From NCBI GenBank assembly GCA_964398665.1, contig CAYNNN010000005.1:2025-66024 (forward strand): a DNA stretch of 64,000 bases, given 5' to 3'. This document shows, piece by piece, positions 18,301-29,300 of this stretch. This DNA comes from an uncultured Gammaproteobacteria bacterium. Lineage in GTDB: Bacteria; Pseudomonadota; Gammaproteobacteria; CAYNNN01. How positions within the stretch are numbered: the first letter of the stretch is position 1; each line of letters begins with the position of its first letter. The notes below the pieces were generated by a model. The model had not been told where the DNA came from, ran no database searches, and was given only the letters and a program-made list of their open reading frames with translations. Both the position numbers and the translations under genes were made by a program.

Positions 18301-19421
18301 ATGTCCCCGCCGCAGATGGCTTGCACTTCTGCGGTCAGATCAATACCGACCGGACACCAGGTGATGCAACGTCCGCAGCCGGTACAGCCACTGCGGCCAA
18401 ACTGTTCGTGCCAGCCCGCCAGCTTATGGGTCAGCCACTGCCGATAATGGTGCGGGTGGTTATCCCGCACCTGCCAGCCGTGCAAGTAGCTATGACCCTG
18501 CTGGAAACAAGAATCCCAGCGCCGTTCGTGGACGCTGCTCAGACCATCGAGGCTGGGCTGGGTTATTGCCTGATGGCAGAAACAAGTCGGGCAGACGCTG
18601 GTGCAGTTGCCGCAGGCGAGGCAGCGTGCGCCTACCGTCTGCCATTGGGGATGTTCAAGGTGGGCAAACAGCGGCGGCTTGCTGGGTAAACTGCGCTGCT
18701 GTTGGGTGGCAGCCTGCATCCGCTGCTGCGCGTCTGCATACTGCTGCGGGGTTGCAGGCGTCAACGGCAGCAAGGCAGCAAGCTGTTGCCCCGCCACGGA
18801 ACCGGTTCGCACCACGAATCCTGGGGCAATTTCGCTCAACAGCAGATCATAACCTGCGCGGATTTCCGGCCCATCCCCGGTCGAGACGCAAAAGCAGGTC
18901 GCTGCGGCGTGGGTGCAATTCACCCCGATGAGCAGCAGGTTGGCGCGGCGCGCCTGGTAATGAGGGTCGCACTGTGCGCCCTGTAAAAAATGCTGGTCCT
19001 GCAAGGCCAGGGCCGCAAGGTCGCACGCCCGCACACCAAGCAGGGCGATTTTGGGCGCGACAGGGTCGGTGGCCTGGAAGTGCAGGCTGGCTTCAGCGCG
19101 GTGGGCGGTCCACAGCGTTTCCTGGGGCGCAAAAGTGTAAGGCTTGATGGCGGAAGCACCGTTTGCCCAATCAAACCAATAGGGTGTACCCGTCTGGTGT
19201 AGGCGGTAACTACCTGGCTGCTGGGTATCCTGCCAGCCGGCGGGTAGCTGAGTGCTATCGGTCAGCGGCGCAAAGACGATGGTACCGTGGCAGATTTGCG
19301 GGCCAACGCAGGCATATCCGCTGGTATGCAACGCAGCCAGCAGGGCAGGAAAATCCGCCCTGGCAAGGAAATGCAGGGCGTTTGGGACGATCTCGGGCGG
19401 CAATTCCACGCAGTACCCCAT
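18297..19421 (-). CDS. hyhB: Group 3b hydrogenase beta subunit (4Fe-4S)
   Basis: GVRACD, CFC, CLACGNCTSVCPTCFC, RRWDSCF, YRQWLTHK, CTGCGRCITWCPVGID. Confidence 0.92.
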   Translation of the reverse strand: MGYCVELPPEIVPNALHFLARADFPALLAALHTSGYACVGPQICHGTIVFAPLTDSTQLPAGWQDTQQPGSYRLHQTGTPYWFDWANGASAIKPYTFAPQETLWTAHRAEASLHFQATDPVAPKIALLGVRACDLAALALQDQHFLQGAQCDPHYQARRANLLLIGVNCTHAAATCFCVSTGDGPEIRAGYDLLLSEIAPGFVVRTGSVAGQQLAALLPLTPATPQQYADAQQRMQAATQQQRSLPSKPPLFAHLEHPQWQTVGARCLACGNCTSVCPTCFCHQAITQPSLDGLSSVHERRWDSCFQQGHSYLHGWQVRDNHPHHYRQWLTHKLAGWHEQFGRSGCTGCGRCITWCPVGIDLTAEVQAICGGDI

Positions 19422-19481
19422 CGCTCGACGTTCAGGTTATTCAGCGCGCGCTCAAGCTGGACGTTCTCACACCACGGTGAG

Positions 19482-19524
19482 AGTGTACACAATACCTGAC
19501 TCATCGCGTGATGATCGGGATCAA
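19482..19524 (-). promoter_or_regulatory. FNR-type site (minus strand TTGATCCCGATCAT, 19524-19511) with -10-like TACACT (19487-19482)
   Basis: One mismatch from TTGAT-N4-ATCAA; box centre about -42.5 relative to the hexamer; upstream of the group 3b operon. Confidence 0.6.
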
Positions 19525-19565
19525 CGCCGCCTATACATGATCCGAGCGGGAAGCGCGCGATCGTT

Positions 19566-20360
19566 TCAGGGCACTGCGGGGGCGAGTAACTGAATCTCCC
19601 AGCCCTGCTGTTGCAGGCGCAGTTGTAAATCCAGGGCCGTAGCCCGATCCGGCAGCGGGCCAACCCGCAGGCGCCACAGCCCGGCCCCGGCAGTCAGGCG
19701 GGCTTGCCAGGGCGGCGGCAATTGCATCTGGAGTTGCGTCTGCAAGGCCGCAGCCCGACCACGGGCACCGAAGGCCCCGGCCTGCAAATACCAGCCGTCA
19801 TCTGCTGCCAGCATCGTGTCAGCGCGTTCCCCCTGCGGAGAGGCCAGCGGTACCACCCCGCTTTCCGGCACGGTCAGGGCCTGCACCTCGACAGCACCCG
19901 TCCCGGTGATGCCCAGCTTGGCGGCGGCCACATAGGACAGATCAATCAGGCGATCTGCGACAAACGGTCCCCGGTCATTGACCCGCACCACCACCGCCTT
20001 GCCGCTCGCCAGGTTGGTCACACGCACATAGGTCGGCAGGGGCAAGGATTTATGTGCAGCCGTCATGCCCAGCATGTCGTAGGGTTCGCCGCTGGAGGTG
20101 GGCTTGCCATGAAACGCCTTGCCATACCAGGAGGCAGTGCCGCGTTCGACATAACCGACGGCACTGGGCATGACTCGATAGGCTTTGCCCCAGACTACAT
20201 AATCCTTGTTGCCGTAACGGCTCAGGGGTTCTGCCTTGGGGACAGCATCGGGGATTGCGGCCAGGTCTATCGGATCACTGGGCGGGCCATCACGCCCGCC
20301 CGACTGCGGTCCGGCACAACCGGCCAGACACACGGCCAACAGGAGGCTAGTGCCCCGCAT
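19566..20360 (-). CDS. rlpA: Septal ring lytic transglycosylase RlpA (lipoprotein, DPBB plus SPOR)
   Basis: Lipobox LAGC, GTASWYG, TAAHKSLPLP, VRVNDRGPF, RLIDLSY, C-terminal LQAGAF SPOR domain. Confidence 0.93.
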   Translation of the reverse strand: MRGTSLLLAVCLAGCAGPQSGGRDGPPSDPIDLAAIPDAVPKAEPLSRYGNKDYVVWGKAYRVMPSAVGYVERGTASWYGKAFHGKPTSSGEPYDMLGMTAAHKSLPLPTYVRVTNLASGKAVVVRVNDRGPFVADRLIDLSYVAAAKLGITGTGAVEVQALTVPESGVVPLASPQGERADTMLAADDGWYLQAGAFGARGRAAALQTQLQMQLPPPWQARLTAGAGLWRLRVGPLPDRATALDLQLRLQQQGWEIQLLAPAVP

Positions 20361-23300
20361 ACTCCAGCGCCTGCAAGGCCACCGTCCCAATCTGGTAGCC
20401 CTGCTGTTGCGCCAGATTGCGGATGAAATCCACCTGCTGCTTGGTCATTTCTCCAAACGAGAAATGTTGCGCGTAACCCGATACGCCCAGCAGGGTGGTC
20501 TCGGCCACGCAACCATAAACATGATCCACCGGTAGCCGGGTACCCTGCAATTTCAGGCCCTGAGCACCCGGCAACCGGGCCAGTCCCCCCGAAAGAATCT
20601 GGATGTGCGGATAGGCGTCAAATACGCTGTTGGCCACGTCCTTGGGCGTGGCAATATCGCAGATCACCACCACGCGCCTGGACAGATGCTGGGGGTAGAT
20701 CACCGGCCGAGCCGAGTTGGTACACGATACGATCACCGGGCAATCGGCCAAGTCAGTCAACTGGTCGGAGAGCTGAACCCAGCGCGCCCCGCCCAGTTCG
20801 GATTCGACCTGGGCGCGCAGGAAGGCCCCGATGGCCTCGGGCGGCGTGGCCTGCTGCATGAGCCGGGCATATGTCTGGGTCGTCGCCAAGGCTGCTGCCA
20901 GCCCGGATACCGGACCGCCGCGCTGCAAGGCCACCCAGGCATCGGCATACAGGGTATCCGCCACTTCACGCAGACCCTCGTCCTGCGCATTGCGACCGAA
21001 CAACCGGATCAGCGGCGAGTATTCAGCCAGGACCCGCGCACAGATCGAGCCAATGTTACCCTTGGCACCCACAACGGCAATAGGTGTTTCAGCCAGGATC
21101 AGGCCCTGGGCCTGTGCTGCACTGAGCGCCCCTTCAATGCCCAATGCAGCGGTGTAGGCATTGCCGGAAGTGAGGGCCAGCCCCGTTTCCGCGACAGCGG
21201 TGCAATTGAGGGTGACGATGGAGGTGTAGCCGCCAAAGCCGACCACCTTGCAACCGTGCTTGTGCGCCAGTTGCACGGCCTCGTCGATCTTGTACAGCAG
21301 CAGCTCGCGCTCTTCGGTGCGCATCATGGCCTCAAACAGCGCCCCGGTCAGCGGCAGGCCGATGATGGACAGATGCACCTGCGCTCCCGTGGCGGTGGTA
21401 ATGCGCATCTGCTGGGCGATGGCAATTTTGGAATACGGGAATAACTGGCGCAACAAAGGTTCGCGCAGGGCTTCCGGCACTTCGGCAAAGGAAGGTTCCA
21501 GTTGCAGCAGGGCGTCCAGATCTTCCAGGTGTCCGATATGCGCCACCCGAGGTTCATCACCGGGGGTCGTGTCGGTGTTAGGCGGCTGGCGGTCGCGCCA
21601 ATCCTGCACCGGCTCGCCTGGGTCGGTCTCGGCACCCACGACATAGCGCAACAACCGCCCGGCATTGGCATGACGGAAGATTTGGCACACATCGGCAAAT
21701 GCCGCAATGACCCGCTCCATTTCAGCCTCGGTAATCAACGCCGAGGGCAGGAAACGAATGGTGTTGCGGGTTTTGGTTGGTGCGATGCGGATTTGCTTGA
21801 CATTGAGCAAATAACCTGCAATCAGCATGTTGACCATTTCCATGCCATGCTGGGCGATCAGGCGCAGCATGAACGAGGGCGAATGTTGCTGGGGCGCCAG
21901 CTCAACACCCAGCATCAGGCCGGCCCCGCGCACTTCACGGATCACATCGGGATAATCCACGGCCAGTTGCCGCAATTTACCCAGAAACAACTGGCCACTG
22001 CGGGCACAGGTGGCCAGGATGTCTTCTTCTTGCAACAATTCCAGGGTACGCAGCGCCATCAGACAGCCCAGACGGTCTTCGGCAAAGGTTGAGCCGTGCA
22101 TATAGCCAAAATCGTCCTGATAACGACGTTCGCTGACCATCATGGCACTGACTTTGGTCAAACCACCGCCCAGACTCTTGGAAAAGGTGTAGTAATCTCC
22201 CCGCAGGCCAGAGAGTTCCGCTGCCGTGAAGGTACCCGTCCGGCCCATGCCGCACTGGATTTCATCCACCACGATGGGAAAACCGTACTCGTCCGCCAAC
22301 TGGCGTGCCGCCTGTAAAAACTCCGGCTTGACCGGGTGCATCCCGCCCTCGCCCTGAATCGGCTCCAGAAACAGGGCAGCGACCGGGTACCAGGGCTTGG
22401 CAGTGAGCGTGACGGCCCCCGCAGCATCCAGGGCAAACAGATAGATGGTCTGGCGCTCCGCCTCAATGGCTGCCTGCAAGGCGCCTGGCTCATGTCGAAT
22501 CCAGCGGGTGCGCAAGCCCATCCAGTGGAAAGGATGGCGGAAATCCGGGGACGCGGTCATGCTCAGGGCGCCGGTGGTCATGCCGTGGAACGCATGGGTC
22601 AGGGCCAGAAACAGCGGTTCCTGAGCCAGCACCTGACCATTGTGCGCCACCACGGCCTGATAGACTGCGGCCAGATCGGCACAGACCACGCCCAGCAGGG
22701 CAGCGGCTTCGGTATACAAGGTCGGCTGCACGGCTACCTGCCCCTTGTGATACTGGTCCAGCATCAGGGCGGCGAGGTTGTCCAGGTATTTTTCCTGCTG
22801 CAAGCCCTTGTTGCGCAGTTCCAGCTTGGCATGTTTGACCGCTGCTTCGACGGCCTCGGTGCCCGTGCTGGCCAAAGTGGCCACAAAGTGCTGCCCGGTC
22901 GCCTGATGCAGGCGCTCCGACAAGGCCCGGCCCAACTTGCCAGCGGCAATATTATTGCTGTGCTGCGCATTGATCGGCACCCCTTCGGCCAACAGCATCT
23001 GCATGTGCTGCACCAGCTCCGGGTGATTGTGACCCAGAATGGTGGAACCATAACCACCAACCATATCGAGGATTTCAACCTCCTGTCCCTGGATTTCGTA
23101 GTACAGATAATTCCCCTGGGCACGGGTATAGTGCTTGTCGGCCCCAATCACGGCGATGCGTCCGGCAATACCCCGACGGGCATAATGGCCATACAGCGCG
23201 GTATCGGGCAGCAATGCGGCTGCATCCGCTGTTGGCAGCGTCACAGTGCCCAGCAACTGGCCGATGCGTTCGGCCAGTTGGGCAATGGTTGGAGTTTCAA

Positions 23301-26300
23301 ACAGGGCACGGATCGGCAGTTCCACACCCAACTTGTCGCGCAGCTCGACGATCAGCCGGACCGCCAATTGTGAATACCCCCCGATTTCAAAGAAGTTTTC
23401 ATCAATGCCGATGTGATCGTTTTTCAGGATGTGCTGCCAGATGGCCAGAATGCGCTGCTCCAGGACATTACGCGGTGCGGCCAGGGCCTGAGGCCGGGTG
23501 GTCGTCACCGCAGGCAGGGCACGCCGGTCCACCTTGCCGTTGGAGGACAACGGTAAATTTTCCAGCAGCATGTAGAACTTCGGCACCATGTAGGCGGGCA
23601 GGCGCGCTTCCAGGTAACTACGCAGCTGGGTCAGGGTGAACTGACTGACCTGCGGCCCGCTGGCCCGGCGCAGGTAATGCACCGAATCCTGCAAGGCAGC
23701 AGCATACTGCGGGCTATGGAACTGCACCCCGCTGCGTTTGCCGCTGCGCCACAGCAGCTGGCTTTCCAGGCGGATAATCTCGCTCCCAATGGGCAGACGT
23801 ACACTGAGCGCAAACCGCTGGCCGGGTACCAGGTCGGCGGGTAAATCCAGTAGCTGTGCCCCGGCAGGCGCCAGACTGAGCAGCAAAGCTTCCGCTTCGC
23901 CCCCATCCCAACGCACCCGGCAGGGTTCCTGAGCGGGCAGACTCACGCTGTCCGGGTCAGCCAGCGGTCCACCCATGACCACACCGGCCTCGCTTTCCAT
24001 GACATAGGCCAGACTACGGCGCAGGTCGGTCAGCGCTGCTTCACCCTCCAGCTGCACGCACAACTGTTTTTGGGCCACCCAAAGAATTTCACCGTGATAT
24101 TCCCCCTGGGCCTCCAGCCCCGGCAAGTGCAGGCGCAGGCGCACATATTGGCGCGAATGCCACTCGCACAATTGCGTAGTCAGGGTCAGCGTCTGGGCCG
24201 AGAGCGCAGTCGCCTGCGCGGCAAACCAGGCCCCGGCATGGTCTTCCAGTTCACAGGCCACGGCGATTTCAGCCCGGGCCAGGTCCAGCAGGGAGACCAC
24301 GTAAGCCACCAGCTGTTTTTCGCCTGCCGCTTCGGTAACGGAAACCACGCATTCCTTGACCGCCGGATGCTGGGACAACACCGCCTCGATTTCGCCCAGT
24401 TCAATCCGGTAGCCCTGGATTTTGACCTGAAAATCTTCCCGGCCCAAAAATTCGATATTGCCGTCGGGCCAATAGCGGCCCAAATCTCCGGTGCGATATA
24501 GACGTTCCCCAGTATGGGGATTGCAGATGAAGCGGGCAGCGGTTTTCTCCGGATCGCGCCAGTAGCCCAGCGCCACCCCTACCCCGCCAATGTACAACTC
24601 ACCGGGCACCCAGGTCGGACAGGGCAAATACTGGCTATCCAGCACGTGGAAAGTCTGATTCACCATCGGGCGGCCATAAGGAATGCTGACCCAGTGCGGC
24701 TCCACCCGGGTTACATGATAGGCGATCGACCAGATCGAGGCTTCGGTGGCCCCACCCAAGCTGAAGAATTGCACCTGCGGAGCCAGCGTCCAGAGCGTGT
24801 CAGGCAGCTTCAGCGGAATCCAGTCGCCACTGAGCATCACCAGCCGCAACGAAGGGGGCAGGCTCAGGCGATGACCCTGGACATACTCCAGCAGGATCTT
24901 CATCAGGGCCGGGGCGGTGTTCCAGACGGTCACCTGATGCCGGACGGCCAGTTCCAGCCAATGGGCCGGATCACGCTGCCGCTGCGGGTCGGGCAGTATC
25001 AAGGCCCCGCCTGCGCCCAGGAGTCCGAAAATGTCGTACACCGACAGGTCAAAGGACAGCGAGGACAGGGCCAGCACCCGGTCGCTGTCCTGGACCCGGA
25101 ACCGGGTATTGACATCCACCACCGTGTTGATGGCACCTTGATGGTCGATCATCACGCCTTTGGGCGTGCCGGTCGAACCCGAGGTGAAGATGGTATAGGC
25201 CAGCGCATCCAGCCGCTGAACCGGCTCCAGCTCATCCCCCAGCTCTGCGGCAAACGGGTGAGCGTCCAGGGCAAAGACCTGCACCGTCTCGGGCCAGGTC
25301 AGCCGGGAAACCACCCAGCTCTGGCTCAGGACAAAGCGGGTATCGGTATGGGCCAGCAGATAATCGATCCGGGTCTGAGGCAGGGCCGGATCGATGGGTA
25401 AATAAGCCCCGCCGGCTTGCAGAATGCCCAGGACGGCGACAATCTGCTCCCAACCTTTTTCCGTGACCACGGCCACCAGTTCACCCGGCACCACCCCGCG
25501 CGCCCGCAAGGCCCGCCCAATCCGGTTGGTCTCCTGCCACAACTCCCCGTAACACCAGGTGCGATCGGCGGCAATCACGGCAATCTGGCTCGGGCGCAGT
25601 CTCGCCTGCAAGCCGACGCCTTCCTGCAACCGCAGGCCCGGTAGCGGCGCAGCCGTGGCATTGACCTGCGCCCGCTGCTCCAGTTGAGCAAGCGGTGTCA
25701 GTTGTGGCAGGGACTGCCAGCGGGCTTCATCCTGAGCCAGCCGGTGCAGGTAAGCCTGATAGGCGGCAAACATTTCATCCAGCAAACCCGCCGGGAACAA
25801 GGCTTCCACCGCATCCCAGCTATAAACCAGGTCAGCGCCGTCTTCCAGCACCTGATGATCCAGCCAGACTTGCGGGGTCTGGGACACGCTGTACACCCGC
25901 TGGCCCAGCCAGTCCACCGCTGAATCTGCCCCGGTCTGTAACCCCAGGGCACTGGTGAACACTACCGGCAGACTGACGTTCTGACGGCCCTCCAGGCGCG
26001 CCCATTCTTGCAGGATGCTCAGGCCATTGACCTGGCGATGCGCCAAATCCTGCCACAACTGCCGCTGTACCCGCTCGGCCCGTTCTTCAAAACTGGCCGC
26101 ATGACGCAAATCCACCGCCAGCGGCAGCAGGGCGGTAAAATCACCGACCAGTTGCTCCACTTCGGGATGGGCCGGAATCCGGTTGAATGTGGTCAGATTC
26201 AGGGTAAAGTGCGGGCGTTTGCTCCAGGTCGCCAGCACACAGGCAAACGCCGTGGCCAGCAACACCGAGGGCGTGAGATTGCCCTGCTGCCCACGCTGTT

Positions 26301-29300
26301 TCAGCGCCTGCCACAGCGGCGCGGCCAAGCGGCCCTGGCGTCGGACAAAGTGAGGCTTGCCTACGGTGGCCGGTGGACGCGCCAGCGGCAGTTCCGGCGC
26401 AGGTGGCAATTCTGCCAGCCGGGCGCGCCAGTATGCCAGCGCCGTCTGGTAGTCTGCCCGGCCCTGCCAGCTCCGCTCGGCCAGCACATAGTCACGAAAG
26501 CTCAGGCCCAGCGGCGCCAGCGCCTGGGTCGGGTTGGCATATAGCTCGCCCCACTGGCGAAACAGCAGTAACAAGCTCCAGACATCTGCAATCAGCAGGT
26601 CGATGCTGACATGCACCCGGGTCAAATCCTCGGGCAGGATGCTGGCACGAATTTCAAACAGCGGCCACAAGGCGGTGTCATAAACCTGATGCGACATCCG
26701 CGTCCGCACCGCTTCCAGGGCGGTGCTGCGTACCGCCCGATCGGCGTGGCGCAGATCGGCCACTGCTATCGCGTAAGGCGCAACTTCCGGCAGCATGCGC
26801 TGCTGGCCGTGGGCGTCCACCACCAGGCGCAAGGCCCCGTGGTGTTGAATCAGACGCTGCCAGGCCGCTTCCAGACGTGCGACATCAAGACCGGCGTGCT
26901 CGAATTCCGCATAAAAATGGCAGGCGACTCCACCCAATTCCAGGCTTTCGACCCGCCCCAGCCAGTAAGCGGTCTGGATTTCGTTGAGCGGAAACGGTTG
27001 CGCCTGCTGCGCCCGATCAGGCTGCAAGGTCAGTGCCTGACGCTCGACACCACTGGCCGCCAGGGCCTGCGCGGCCAACTCCCCTATCGTGGCAGCATTG
27101 CCCAGCAAACTCACCGGCAAGGTCCGGCCCAGATGCTGTTCCAAATCGCCCAGCAGCCGCAGGGCCGTCACTGAATCCACCCCCAGCGCCCCCAGCACGC
27201 TGCTGGCCTGCACCGTTGCAACCGGTACGTGCAGGCGCTCTGCGACTCGGCCCACAAGCCAGGCAGTGAGCTGGCCTGCGGCGGTCTCCAGTGCAGCCTG
27301 CACCGGTTCTGCGTCAGGTCCGGCCGACGTGGCCGGGACATCCCAGGCCCAGGCCAGATCCAACTGGCCCTGAAGATAGTCCTGCCTGGCACGTTGCCGT
27401 TGCACCTTGCCACTGGAAGTCTTGGGCAGGCCGCCAAAATTCAGCAGGACCAGTTGCTGGAGCTGCAATTCATGTTGCTCGGCCACTGCCCGGCGTACCG
27501 CCGTCAGGAGTTCTTCCGGATGTGGGGCCAGGGCGCTGCTGCTATCGCCGACCGCACGAAACTGACGCTTTTTCAAATCGCGCTGATAACGCCGATCCAC
27601 CTCGGCGACCATGATCAGTTGCGGTTCTCCGGCCGCACTGTCCACGGCAAAAGCAATGCTGTTGCCCACACCAATGGGCAGATAGCCACTGCTGCCCACC
27701 AATTCGCGCAGGGTCTCGTCCAGCGTCCATTCCAGATCCTGGGGATAATGATTGCGGCCCCGGATGATCAGCACATCTTTCAGGCGCCCGGTGATGAACA
27801 GCTCCCCGTCATGGATGAAACCCAGATCCCCGGTGCGCATGAACGGCCCTTCCCCGGTATCGCTCAAGTGCGCCCGGAACGTGCGTTCGGTCTCATCCTC
27901 ACGGCCCCAGTAGCCCTGAGCGACATGGCGGCCCTGCACCCAGATTTCCCCCACCCGGTTGCGCGGGGTGCGGGTCCGTTCCTCCGGATCGGCCAGGACA
28001 ACCTGCTCAAACCCCAAGGCACAGCCATTGCCCACAAAAGTCTGGCTCCCGCTGCTCAGGGTCGTCAGCATGACCTTGCCGGCCCGCAAGCCATCAGCCA
28101 CCACACCCTGATGCACTGGCCCCGCGCCCGGTTTACCCCCCGTCACCAGCAAGGTCGCTTCGGCCAGCCCATAGCTGGGATAGAACGCTTCCCGGCTAAA
28201 ACCCAAAGGCGCGTAAGTCTTGGCAAAGCGATCCAGACTCTTGGGATTGACCGGCTCGGCACCGGTGAGCAAAAAGCGCCAGGTCGACAAGTCCAGGCCC
28301 GCCTGGGCAGCCGGGTCTATTTCATCCACACACAGATCAAAGGCAAAATTGGGGGCGATAGAGGCCGTGGCCCGAAACCGGCTCATGGCCGTCAGCCAGC
28401 GCAGCGGTTTTTGCAAAAAGGCAGCCGGGGGCATGAAGATACAGCGCATGCCCCGGTACAATGGGAATAGCAACAGGCCAATCAGGCCCATATCGTGAAA
28501 CAGGGGCAGCCAGCCGCACCCGACATCCTGTTCGGTCAGGCCAAAACCGTCCTCCATCATCCGCAGGTTGGTCAGCAGATTGGTATGACTGACCATCACG
28601 CCCTTGGGCGCCCCGGTTGACCCCGAGGTGTATTGCAGCAAGGCTAGGTCATCACCTTGCAGCCTGGGCATGGCCCAGCGCTCGGCATCCGTCAGGACAA
28701 CCTGATCCGTCACCAGCCAGTGCAGGGCCTTGAGCGCCGGCACTTCATCCAGCATCGGCTCCAGGGTTTGTTGAATGCCACGGGTAGTCAACACGGCCGC
28801 CGGCCGGGCATCCTGAATGATGGCACTGAGGCGGCGCAGATTGCGGTTCCGCCGGGGTGGATAGGCCGGAACGGCGATCACGCCGGCATATAGACAGCCA
28901 AAGAACGCACTGATGAACTCCAGTCCGGAGGGGTAAAACAGCAGGGCACGTTCCCCTGCCAGACCCAGACCCTGCAATTGCGCAGCGATGGCGCGGGCCT
29001 GCTTGTCCAGCAATGCATAATCAATCGGCTGGCCATCCCCCTCACCGTCGGGCAGGAACCGGTAGGCTTCCGCTTCGGGACGCAATTTGGCCCGAGTGCG
29101 CAACACATCCACCAGGGTCTCGTAAGCCAGGCCCTTGTTGCCATACTCAAACAGCATCAGACGGACTTTGGGCAGGAAGCGTTCCTGCGGCGGATACACC
29201 GGCTTGTCGATAAAGGCATCCACCCGCGCCTGGGTGATGGCATTCTTGACCAGTTCCACATCCTGGCCATAAGCCGTCACCAACACCCGTTTGGTGCGCG

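Noticed and set aside
23650-24290. Methyltransferase insert in the A domain
   Set aside because: No LEIGxGxG-type SAM motif; the pattern is two beta-barrel-like units.
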